Source of the DNA: Pirellulales bacterium | GTDB lineage: Bacteria; Planctomycetota; Planctomycetia; Pirellulales; JAICIG01 | Direction: 5' to 3' | Length of the DNA: 42,050 nt | Assembly: GCA_036379555.1 (NCBI GenBank) | Contig: DASVGM010000709.1 | Coordinates: forward strand, 1-42,050 | Shown: one piece after another, positions 1 to 8,255 of the stretch | Layout of the letters: every line of letters begins with the position of its first letter | Position numbering within the stretch: position 1 is the stretch's first letter | Program-made: the position numbers and the translations under genes | The notes under the pieces: generated by a model | What the model saw: only the letters and a program-made list of their open reading frames with translations | What the model was told of the DNA's origin: nothing | Database searches by the model: none

Positions 1-2349
1 GAAGAAATGCGGCAGACGTTGCCCGACGACGTGATCATCGACACGCACGTCTTCCGCCAGGCGAGCTTCATTGAGGCGGCCGTCGCCAATGTGGTCGAGG
101 CCATTCGCGATGGGGCGATCTGGGTCGTGGTCATCCTGTTCATTTTTCTCTGGAACTTACGCACCAGCGTCATCACCCTGGTGGCCATTCCGTTGTCGAT
201 CGTGATCACCGCGCTCATCTTCCGTGTGTTCGGGGTAACCATCAACACGATGACCCTGGGTGGTTTGGCGGTGGCGATTGGCGAGTTGGTCGATGATTCG
301 ATTGTCGATATCGAAAACATCTATCGTCGGCTGAAAGAAAACCGGCAGCGACCAACGCCCGAAAACCCTTTGCGCGTGATCTACCAGGCGTCGTCGGAGG
401 TGCGCGGCAGCGTGGTCTATGCCACCTTCATTGTCGTGCTGGTGGTGCTGCCTTTGTTTTGGCTTTCCGGACTGGAGGGCCGGCTCTTCGCTCCGCTGGG
501 ACTTTCCTATCTGCTCACGTTGCTCGCCTCGCTTTTGGTTTCGCTGACGGTGACGCCGGCCTTGGCGGCTTATCTGCTGCCAAATGGGCGATTTCTCGAA
601 CACTCACACGATCCCTTGGTCGTTCGCGGGTTGAAGTGGCTCGACACGCGGCTTCTGCATCTGACATTACGGCATGCCTGGACCGTGTTATCGTTGGTGG
701 CGGCACTCGTGGCGATGAGCGTGGCGTCCATCTACTGGATGGGCGGCGAGTTCATGCCCGAATTCAATGAGGGCACACTGACCATCGAAGCCCGCACGCC
801 GCCGGCCGTCAGCCTGGAGGAATCAAACCGCGTCGGCACGCTGCTGGAAAAAATGCTGCTGGCAGTGCCCGAGGTGACGCACGTTTCGCGTCGCACGGGC
901 CGGGCCGAAATGGACGAACACGCCGAGCCGGTCAGCCATTCGGAGTTCGACGTCGACCTGCTGCCGCGGCAAGTACACAAACCGGGCATCGCAAACGCCA
1001 TTTGGCGCGCCATTCCCGGATTGCACCACTGGGGCATGATCGAGCAGGGCCGTCCGCGAGAAGTCATCCTGGCCGACGTGCGCGACCGCATCACCGAGTT
1101 GCCGGGCGTGTTGGTCAACATCGGGCAACCGATCTCGCACCGCCTGGAGCACATGACTTCCGGCATTCGCGCCCAGATCGCGGTGAAAGTGTTCGGCGCC
1201 GATCTCGACGTGCTGCGCGACAAAGCCCGCCTGGCCGAGCGGCTGATGTCGGAAGTGCCCGGCGTGACCGACCTCTATACCGAGCAGCAGGTTGAGATTC
1301 CGCAGGTGCGCGTCACGGTCAAGCGCGACGAGGCGGTGCGTTACGGACTGACGCCGGCGGAGGTGGCCACCGCGTTGGAAACGGCGTTTCAAGGCCGCAC
1401 GGTCTCGCAGATTCTCGAAGGCCAACGCCTGTTCGATCTGGTGCTCTGGTTCGATCCCGCGGCGCGGCACGACATCGACCTGATTCGCTCGACGCCGCTG
1501 AGCATCGCCGGCGGCGGTCGCGTGGCGCTGGGCACGGTGGCCGAGGTCGAAGAAACGACCGGCCCGAACACGATTCATCGCGAGAACATTGTGCGGCGCA
1601 TCGTGGTGCAGTGCAACGTGGCGGGCCGCGATCTGACCGGCGTGGTCGACGACATTCGCCGTCGCTTGAGCGCGCAGCTTGTACCCACGCTGCCGGCCGG
1701 GTATTTCCTTCAATATGGCGGCGAGTTTGAGAACCAGCGCGCGGCGCAAACGCGCCTCATCGTGCTGAGCGGTTTTTCGCTGTTTGGCATTTACTGCTTG
1801 TTGGTCAAGTGTTTGGGTTCGTGGCGGGCGGCGGTGCAAGTGATGGTCAATATTCCCTTGGCGGCGATCGGCTCGGTGGCGGCGTTGCTCCTCAGTAACT
1901 GGCCCGCGCCGGAGCTGTTGGCCGCGGCGCCGTGGTGGGAATGGCCGCGGCTGTGGGTTTCAGCGACGACGCTCTCACTGGCCCACTGGATTGGCTTCAT
2001 CACGCTGGTGGGCATCGTTTGCCGCAACGGCATTATGATGATCTCACACTATATTCACCTGATGCGGCACGAAGGCGAGGAGTTCAGCGAGCGGATGATT
2101 ATTCGCGGCAGCCTGGAACGCCTGGCGCCGGTGCTGATGACGGCGGCTACCGCCATCATCGGCCTGGTGCCTTTGGCGTTGGGCGGCGGCCAAACGGGCA
2201 AGGAGATTTTGCATCCGTTGGCGGTGGTGGTGATCGGCGGGTTGATCAGTTCGACCTTGCTCGACCAGATGGTCACGCCCGCCTTGTTTTACAAATTCGG
2301 CCGCCGCGTCTACAAAGCCGGTACGGCGGGCGACGACGTGGTTTTTTGA
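1..2349 (+). CDS. CusA/CzcA-family heavy-metal efflux RND permease, C-terminal ~780 aa (5' end lies outside the window)
   Basis: The frame is open from base 1. The translation shows RND hallmarks: many TM blocks, 'GLAVAIGELVDDSIVDIENIYRRLKEN', two large periplasmic loops, and a second TM bundle 'GFITLVGIVCRNGIMMISHY'. Stop at 2347-2349. Confidence 0.9.
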   Translation, partial: EEMRQTLPDDVIIDTHVFRQASFIEAAVANVVEAIRDGAIWVVVILFIFLWNLRTSVITLVAIPLSIVITALIFRVFGVTINTMTLGGLAVAIGELVDDSIVDIENIYRRLKENRQRPTPENPLRVIYQASSEVRGSVVYATFIVVLVVLPLFWLSGLEGRLFAPLGLSYLLTLLASLLVSLTVTPALAAYLLPNGRFLEHSHDPLVVRGLKWLDTRLLHLTLRHAWTVLSLVAALVAMSVASIYWMGGEFMPEFNEGTLTIEARTPPAVSLEESNRVGTLLEKMLLAVPEVTHVSRRTGRAEMDEHAEPVSHSEFDVDLLPRQVHKPGIANAIWRAIPGLHHWGMIEQGRPREVILADVRDRITELPGVLVNIGQPISHRLEHMTSGIRAQIAVKVFGADLDVLRDKARLAERLMSEVPGVTDLYTEQQVEIPQVRVTVKRDEAVRYGLTPAEVATALETAFQGRTVSQILEGQRLFDLVLWFDPAARHDIDLIRSTPLSIAGGGRVALGTVAEVEETTGPNTIHRENIVRRIVVQCNVAGRDLTGVVDDIRRRLSAQLVPTLPAGYFLQYGGEFENQRAAQTRLIVLSGFSLFGIYCLLVKCLGSWRAAVQVMVNIPLAAIGSVAALLLSNWPAPELLAAAPWWEWPRLWVSATTLSLAHWIGFITLVGIVCRNGIMMISHYIHLMRHEGEEFSERMIIRGSLERLAPVLMTAATAIIGLVPLALGGGQTGKEILHPLAVVVIGGLISSTLLDQMVTPALFYKFGRRVYKAGTAGDDVVF

Positions 2350-2368
2350 CGCGCAGCCCACTGAGAGG

Positions 2369-2479
2369 CTATCCGAAAACTCGAATTTCGCCGTGGCGCC
2401 GTATCGTGGGGCGGCTCGCCGAGCCGTCTTGCGCTTCCAGACGGGCCGGCGGCCCGCCCCACGGCGAGTTTTCGGATAG
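2369..2479. repeat. Long imperfect palindrome 20 nt 3' of the RND gene (terminator-like or REP-like)
   Basis: Outer 15-bp arms CTATCCGAAAACTCG (2369-2383) and CGAGTTTTCGGATAG (2465-2479). Inner complementary blocks are CGCCGTGG/CCACGGCG, GGGGCGG/CCGCCCC and CCGTCT/AGACGG. It contains the 14-mer GTATCGTGGGGCGG, which recurs at 3868-3881. Confidence 0.7.
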
Positions 2480-2550
2480 ACTCTAAACAAAATAACGATC
2501 ATTTTGGTACGCAGTCCGCCCGTCTTCCGCTCAACGAAGGAAAACCCTTA

Positions 2551-3804
2551 ATGTCAGTTCACCGTGTTGAAATCTTCCTGCTGGCGGTGTTTTGCCTGCT
2601 CCCGACGGCCTGCGCCGGCGAGGGCGATTGGCCCGCTTGGCGCGGCCCGCGCCGCGATGGCCGTTGCGATGAAACCGGACTGCTAAAGACATGGCCGGAG
2701 GCCGGACCCAAACTGCTCTGGACGGCCACAGGCCTCGGCGAAGGGTTTTCTACGCCCAGCATCGCCGGGCGGCTGATTTATGTCATGGGCAACAAAGACG
2801 GACAAGAATGGGTGCTGGCCCTCGACCGAGAGGAAATGGGCCAAGGCGTTTGGGCCACCGCCGTCAATCCGGTGCGGCGCGATGGCGGCGGCTACCCGGG
2901 TCCGCGTTCCACACCGACGGTCGATGGCAATCGCGTTTTCGCCGTGGGACTCAATGGCGACCTGCTCTGCCTCGACGCCAAAACCGGCAAGACGTATTGG
3001 CGGCACGATCTCGTGAGCGATTTCGGCGGAGAGATCGGCAACTGGGGTTATGCCGAATCGGCGCTGATCGATGGCAAGTTGGTGCTCTGCACGCCCGGCG
3101 GCGACAAGGCCACCATGCTCGGCTTGCTCAAGTCCAACGGCAAGCCGGTCTGGCGATCGCAATTTGGCGATGAGGCCGGTTACGCCTCGATGATCGCCAT
3201 TCAGGTTGCCGGCGCGAAACAATACGTGCAGTTCACCAGCCGGGCGGTGGTCGGCGTGAGCGCCAAGAACGGCAACTTGCTGTGGCGCTATGAAAAACCG
3301 GCCAATGGCACCGCCAACTGCGCCACGCCGCTGTTCGCCGACGACAGCGTCTTCGCCGCCTCGAACTACAGCACCGGCGGCGGACTCGTGCATTTGCAAA
3401 AGGGCCGCAAAACCTGGGAAGCCAACGAAGTTTATTTCACCCAGGACATGAACAATCATCATGGCGGCATGGTGCTGATCGACGGCCATCTTTACGGCTG
3501 CGACAACGCCATTTTGCGCTGCCTCGATTTCAAGAGCGGCAAGACGTTGTGGAAAGATCGCTCCTGCGGCAAATGTTCGCTGCTCTACGCCGACGGCCTG
3601 CTTTATTGCCGCGCCGAAGACGGCCTGATGAGCCTGGTGGCGGCCACGCCGGATGGTTTTCAGTTGAAGGGCCGTTTTGAGCAATCGCAGCGCAGCGAGC
3701 GGCAGGCCTGGCCGCACCCGGTCATCGCCGGCGGCCGCCTTTATTTGCGCGATCAAGACCGGCTTTTCTGCTACGATGTGCGCGGCCCTTCCGGCGGTCA
3801 TTGA
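2551..3804 (+). CDS. Secreted PQQ-like (BamB-type) beta-propeller repeat protein
   Basis: N-terminal signal peptide 'FLLAVFCLLPTACAG' followed by 'DWPAWRGPRRDG'. Repeated beta-propeller blade patterns are present ('VFAVGLNGDLLCLDAKTGKTYWRHD', 'GRLYLRDQDRLFCYDV'). AAGGA lies upstream of the ATG. Confidence 0.8.
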   Translation: MSVHRVEIFLLAVFCLLPTACAGEGDWPAWRGPRRDGRCDETGLLKTWPEAGPKLLWTATGLGEGFSTPSIAGRLIYVMGNKDGQEWVLALDREEMGQGVWATAVNPVRRDGGGYPGPRSTPTVDGNRVFAVGLNGDLLCLDAKTGKTYWRHDLVSDFGGEIGNWGYAESALIDGKLVLCTPGGDKATMLGLLKSNGKPVWRSQFGDEAGYASMIAIQVAGAKQYVQFTSRAVVGVSAKNGNLLWRYEKPANGTANCATPLFADDSVFAASNYSTGGGLVHLQKGRKTWEANEVYFTQDMNNHHGGMVLIDGHLYGCDNAILRCLDFKSGKTLWKDRSCGKCSLLYADGLLYCRAEDGLMSLVAATPDGFQLKGRFEQSQRSERQAWPHPVIAGGRLYLRDQDRLFCYDVRGPSGGH

Positions 3805-4157
3805 CGGCCTCTTGGAGTGCGTTTCTACCGCGCCGTTGGCTTGGAGGGTTCTTTTGCGCGCCACGTTGTATCGTGGGGCGGATAGCGCCGCTGTCGTCTG
3901 CCAAGGGCAACGAGCAACGGAGCGGAAAGTCGCCAGATCGGCAGGTTAGCTCGCATGAGGCAACGCGATCGTGGGATGGGACGGCCTTCCCAGGCCGTCG
4001 AGGTCTTTGGTGGCGGGCTAGGAAGCCGCTCCTCCAGCAATGCCTTATCAGGCGCTCTTTACCGAACCACCGGTGTCGCCTATTCTGGAATTACAGAGCC
4101 ATAGGAACAACCGGACTGGAGAAACAGGACAAGCCAAACATCGGAGGAGGCATCGCG

Positions 4158-5846
4158 ATGTCGCAGGGTTTTAACGCTTATCGTGAGTGGTTGGGCATCG
4201 CAAGTCAGAGCGACATACCAAGCTATTATGAGTTGCTTGGTTTGCGCCCGCTCGAGCCCGACACCGCTCAGATCGAAGCCGCTTATCAGCGGCAATCCGC
4301 GCGCTTGACGGCGCAGCTTGCGGGCGGACAGGCTGACGTGGCCCAGCGCCTGCTGGGCGAAATCGCCGAGGCCCGTTTGACTCTTTTAACCCCCACGGCG
4401 AAACGCGCCTACGATACGGCGCTCGCCACCACGATCGCTTCGACAGCACCGGCCGCCAGTTCAAATCCGCCCGTCGAGATGCCCGCGGCTCCCGCGGCGA
4501 TGCCGTCTCAGCCCGTCGCCGCCTATCCGGCGATGCCCCAGGCGGTCCAGGGACAACAACCCGCGGCGAGTTATGGATATCCCGGCGGCTATCCCGCCGC
4601 TCAGGCGATGAACCCCGCGTATCCTGCGCCGCAGGCCTATCCCGGCTGGCAAGGTCAACCGGCGATGCCTGTGGCGGCGGCCGGCTATTACCCCAACGCC
4701 TACCCCGCGGCGGCGCCGATGGCGGCCGCCCCGCAGCCGGCGGTGGAAGAGCCATCGATGCCGGCTATCCGTCGGCGGCGTACGCGGCGGCGTTCTTCGC
4801 CGGTTCCGGCGGTCATTGGCGTGCTGGGAGTCTTGGTGGTGCTCGGTGGCGCATGGGCTTTTTACAATAGCGGCGCACCGGCGCCGACTGACGATGGCAA
4901 TCAGCCCTCGACGACAAACGGCGGGGCGGCTCAGCGCGCCAAACGCATCGCGATGCTGCGGCCCGATTCAGCGCCGGCCGACGCGACACCGGACACAGCG
5001 ACCGTCAAGAGCCACTCGTCGCCCGGCGTGACCGGCGACACCAACCGCAACCAGCCGGCCACCGCAACGGGCGCGAACGACGACACGAAAATGTCGCCTC
5101 CGAACGCCCGGCCACCGGAGGCGCCCCCCGCCGCGCCGGCGCCGCCCGAAAAGCCGCCGGCTGCCAAACCGGCAGCCGAGATGGCGGCGCCCGCGAAGCC
5201 GGTGATCGACAAGCCGGAACCGGAGAAGCCGGCGTCAGAGAAGCCGGCGCCTGAGAAGCCGGCGTCAGAGAAGCCGGCGCCTGAGAAGCCGACAGAGGAG
5301 CCGGCGGAGGCGAAGGCCACGGCGGAGGAAGCGGCCAAAGTGGCCGAGTTGCTGAAATCGGCTCGCGCGGCTCTGGCCGGACGCGACATCGCCAAAGCCC
5401 AGGATCTTTTGGCCGAGGCGACGATTGAGGCCACCGCCCCCGACACCACGGCAGATGTGGGCCGCGTGGAACTGCTGGCCAGCTACGTGGAAATGTTTTG
5501 GGACGCCGTTCGGCAAACACTGCCTAAACTTGGCCTGGAGGAACTGGAAATCAACGGCACGATGGCGGCGGTGGTCGAGTCGGACGAAAACCACCTGGTG
5601 ATTCGCGCCGAGGGAAAAACGCACGAGTACCAATGGCAGAGGCTGCCGCGGAGCATCGCCTATTACCTGGCCAATCGTTGGTTGGCGCCCGATGATCCGG
5701 TGCGAAACCTGGTTTTGGCCTCGTTCGAGATTGTCGATCCCAAAGGTGACCGAGGCCACGCCGAGAGCTTGCTGAGCGACGCCGCGTCGGCCGGGCTGAA
5801 GTCCGACTCGCTGCAGGCGGAACTCAAACTGGCTCGCGGGAAATAG
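4158..5846 (+). CDS. Membrane protein with an N-terminal J-like domain (no HPD), a long Pro/Ala-rich linker, one TM segment and a C-terminal globular domain
   Basis: The internal ATG at 4158 is preceded by GGAGGAGG at 7-nt spacing. 'YYELLGLRPLEPDTAQIEAAYQRQSARL' resembles DnaJ helices I-II, but no HPD tripeptide follows. The TM segment is 'VPAVIGVLGVLVVLGGAWAF'. The upstream part of ORF 3801.. is built from intergenic repeats. Confidence 0.7.
   Translation: MSQGFNAYREWLGIASQSDIPSYYELLGLRPLEPDTAQIEAAYQRQSARLTAQLAGGQADVAQRLLGEIAEARLTLLTPTAKRAYDTALATTIASTAPAASSNPPVEMPAAPAAMPSQPVAAYPAMPQAVQGQQPAASYGYPGGYPAAQAMNPAYPAPQAYPGWQGQPAMPVAAAGYYPNAYPAAAPMAAAPQPAVEEPSMPAIRRRRTRRRSSPVPAVIGVLGVLVVLGGAWAFYNSGAPAPTDDGNQPSTTNGGAAQRAKRIAMLRPDSAPADATPDTATVKSHSSPGVTGDTNRNQPATATGANDDTKMSPPNARPPEAPPAAPAPPEKPPAAKPAAEMAAPAKPVIDKPEPEKPASEKPAPEKPASEKPAPEKPTEEPAEAKATAEEAAKVAELLKSARAALAGRDIAKAQDLLAEATIEATAPDTTADVGRVELLASYVEMFWDAVRQTLPKLGLEELEINGTMAAVVESDENHLVIRAEGKTHEYQWQRLPRSIAYYLANRWLAPDDPVRNLVLASFEIVDPKGDRGHAESLLSDAASAGLKSDSLQAELKLARGK
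5223..5291 (+). repeat. Perfect 30-bp tandem duplication (2.3 copies; 15-nt subunit GAGAAGCCGGCGNNN) encoding EKPAS/EKPAP pentapeptides
   Basis: GAGAAGCCGGCGTCAGAGAAGCCGGCGCCT occurs at 5223-5252 and identically at 5253-5282, then GAGAAGCCG follows. Confidence 0.9.
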
Positions 5847-7761
5847 TTTCCGCGGCCAAGTATCGCAAATCGCCCGCGCGGCGCGTGAACCCGTTGCGGT
5901 CGAGATACTCGCAGATGGGCACCGCGTATTTGCGCGTCGTGCCCAGCAGTTCGCGGATCTCGCTCACGGTGCGTCCCGCTCCGCCCGACATCCGCTCGGC
6001 CAGCCGCTCGCGCAATTGCCGTTCGACCTCGGCGTGCAACAGAAATCCGCCGCCGATCTCCACGAGTTGCCCCTCGGCCACGGCCAACGCCACAAGCTGG
6101 TTGACGGATTGTTGGTTGCGGGTGGTGGCCGCGCGCACGTCGTCGACGCTCGGTGGCTCGCAGCCAGCCAGTCGAAAGGTTTCCACAATCTCGGCCAGCA
6201 ATTTTTGTTCGTTCTTTGACAACTGAGGTCCGCGACCCGGCAAGGCCACGCCGCGGTCGCTTTCATGCAGTTTGCCGGCGCGCGACATGGCGTTGAGAAT
6301 GGCCGCGATCACCGGCTCGGGGCCGAGATAGTCCAGTTGATGCACCAGCCGTGAACGATCGAGCGCCATGCGCAGCGGAAACTCGTTGTGCTGACGATCG
6401 AGAAGGGTTTCAATCCGGTCGAAAATCGAATTCAACCAGCGGCGTTCGACGCGCAGCACGCGCATCGCCGAGATGGTCAGCTCCAACAAATCGCCCCGTC
6501 GCACCAACTCCTGGGTGATTTCGTCGGGACGATCGACGCCGGCGGCGCGCGTCAGGTCGGAGGGGCGCCATTCGGCCAGGCCAAGGAACGACAGCGCGGC
6601 CGCGGCGCGGGCGACCGCATCGCCGTCGCGCAGCTCGGCCAGCCGCGTCAGAACCTCCGCGTCGCCGCGCGGCAGCCGCCGGGCGGCGGGATTGAGCACG
6701 CTGCCGCCGCCGATGGTCATCACCGGCGATTCGCTGCGCAGCACGAGCGGCTGTCCCCAGGTCGAAACCGCCGGCTCGGCAAGCAAGAGTTGCACCATCG
6801 CCGCGCCGCCGGGCTCCAATCGCTCTCCCGCCAAGAGAACCACCGAGGCGATCAGCTCGGCCGTTCCCAGATGGACGCGAACGCGGCTGCGGTTTTTGAG
6901 CGGACGCGCTCCGGCGGCCAGTACGATTTCAGCCGTCAAAATTCGGGCGGGGGCCAGGTAACCGGGCGCGGCCAATTCTTGCCCGCGATGGATTTGGCCG
7001 TGATGGATGCCCGCCAGGTTGATCGCCGCGCGTTGCCCGCGATGCACCTCCTCGCAGGGCCGATCGTGGCTGTGCAAACCGCGCACGCGCACCGCGATGC
7101 CGCCTGGCTCGACGACCAGGTTGTCGCCCAGCGCGGCGCGGCCGCTGGCCACGCTGCCGGTCACCACGGTGCCATGCCCCGCGACGGTGAACGTGCGATC
7201 GATCGCCAGCCGAAACGGCGCGTTCAAGCGCTCCACGCGCGGCGACCGCGCGGCTTGACCGGCGGCCGCAGTCAAGGCCGCTTTCAGCTCGGCCAGTCCC
7301 CCGCCGGTGGCCGCGCTGGTGCGTATCACCGCCGCCCGGCTTAAAAAAGTATCGGCCACCAAGTCACGCACTTCGGCCTCAACCAGGTCGATCCAGTCGG
7401 GGTCGGGCAGGTCGCACTTGGTCAGCGCGATGACGCCGGCGGGCAGGTTCAACAGCCGCAGAATCTCCAGGTGCTCGCGAGTTTGGGGTTTGACGGAATC
7501 ATCGGCGGCCACCACCAACAGAGCCAGGTCGATGCCGGTGGCCCCGGCCAGCATGTTGCGCACGAAGCGTTCATGTCCGGGCACATCGACGATGCCCAGC
7601 CGGTAATCTCCCAGCGCGAGCTCGGCGAAGCCGAGGTCGATGGTGATGCCGCGTACCTTCTCCTCCGGCAAGCGATCGGTATCGATGCCGGTCAGCGCCT
7701 TGACGAGCGAGGTTTTGCCGTGATCGATATGTCCGGCGGTGCCGAGGATCAGGTCCAGCAT
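5824..7761 (-). CDS. selB: Selenocysteine-specific translation elongation factor SelB
   Basis: GTPase motifs '[12 protein letters not shown]', 'DVPGHERF' and 'TKCD'. The N-terminus '[18 protein letters not shown]' is typical of SelB. The C-terminal winged-helix tail '[29 protein letters not shown]' matches the SECIS-binding domain. Confidence 0.9.
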   Translation of the reverse strand: MLDLILGTAGHIDHGKTSLVKALTGIDTDRLPEEKVRGITIDLGFAELALGDYRLGIVDVPGHERFVRNMLAGATGIDLALLVVAADDSVKPQTREHLEILRLLNLPAGVIALTKCDLPDPDWIDLVEAEVRDLVADTFLSRAAVIRTSAATGGGLAELKAALTAAAGQAARSPRVERLNAPFRLAIDRTFTVAGHGTVVTGSVASGRAALGDNLVVEPGGIAVRVRGLHSHDRPCEEVHRGQRAAINLAGIHHGQIHRGQELAAPGYLAPARILTAEIVLAAGARPLKNRSRVRVHLGTAELIASVVLLAGERLEPGGAAMVQLLLAEPAVSTWGQPLVLRSESPVMTIGGGSVLNPAARRLPRGDAEVLTRLAELRDGDAVARAAAALSFLGLAEWRPSDLTRAAGVDRPDEITQELVRRGDLLELTISAMRVLRVERRWLNSIFDRIETLLDRQHNEFPLRMALDRSRLVHQLDYLGPEPVIAAILNAMSRAGKLHESDRGVALPGRGPQLSKNEQKLLAEIVETFRLAGCEPPSVDDVRAATTRNQQSVNQLVALAVAEGQLVEIGGGFLLHAEVERQLRERLAERMSGGAGRTVSEIRELLGTTRKYAVPICEYLDRNGFTRRAGDLRYLAAETISREPV

Positions 7762-8139
7762 TTTCTTACGATGACCGTGCTTGTTTCCGTGGGGTGGCGT
7801 TGTCGTCAGCGGTTGATTCTAACTTATTCCGCACGCCAGCGGAAATGCGACGCGATCCTCGCGAACACGCCCCGCCCGCACACTAACCAACGCGGGCGGA
7901 AACGGGTATGATGCGTGCATCTTGATTTGTCTGAGGTGCTAAGAGAATGGCGCGCTGGCCGTATACGCGTTGGACCTGGATTTTTACTTATGGGGCAGTT
8001 TTCGTGCTGTTTCCGCTATTGTGCTTGTTGGCCTATTTCTGGGTAAAAAATGGTTGGTGATGCCGCCCGGCGGCACGCCGGTCATTGGGATGGACTCACT
8101 TGGCAACATCGAACAAAACGGGCGGCGGCTGTCACGGGA

Positions 8140-8193
8140 GGATGGGCTTCCTAGCCCGTCACCGTAGATCGTGACGGGCCAGGAGGCCTATCC
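8140..8193. repeat. Imperfect 23-nt-arm hairpin repeat (family GTGACRGGCCAGGAGGCCYATCC)
   Basis: GGATGGGCTTCCTAGCCCGTCAC (8140-8162), 8-nt loop, then GTGACGGGCCAGGAGGCCTATCC (8171-8193). A half copy, GTGACAGGCCAGGAGGCCCATCC, lies at 10158-10180. The reverse-complement 13-mer GGGCTAGGAAGCC lies at 4015-4027. Confidence 0.75.
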
Positions 8194-8255
8194 GCCATGT
8201 TTCGTCGGACATTCTTTTGGATTGATACCTTGACGCTGCTTCGCAAAAGATGCCT

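Noticed and set aside
823-1839. Long ORFs antisense to, or out of frame with, recognised genes. Examples: 823-1839(-), 2683-3864(-), 6388-7344(+), 13205-14161(+), 15524-16951(-), 19456-20577(-), 21890-22891(-), 24772-25914(+) and 40120-41313(+).
   Set aside because: Their translations are Arg/Ala/Gly/Pro-rich low-complexity strings with no motifs. Each overlaps a gene with a clear family signature. Such shadow ORFs are expected in high-GC DNA.
3801-4157. N-terminal extensions of ORFs in the six-frame track (3801.., 15452.., 21491.., 31711.., 39606.., 10127.., 35176..).
   Set aside because: The extended parts translate intergenic repeats or junk. Internal starts with SD-like sequences give proteins whose N-termini match the family (signal peptides, the GatA, RimO and MoxR starts).
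7762-8255. tRNA-Sec (selC) or other tRNA next to selB.
   Set aside because: I found no acceptor/T-arm pattern (GGTTCGAnTCC-like), no UCA anticodon loop context here, and no cloverleaf-capable segment elsewhere in the window.
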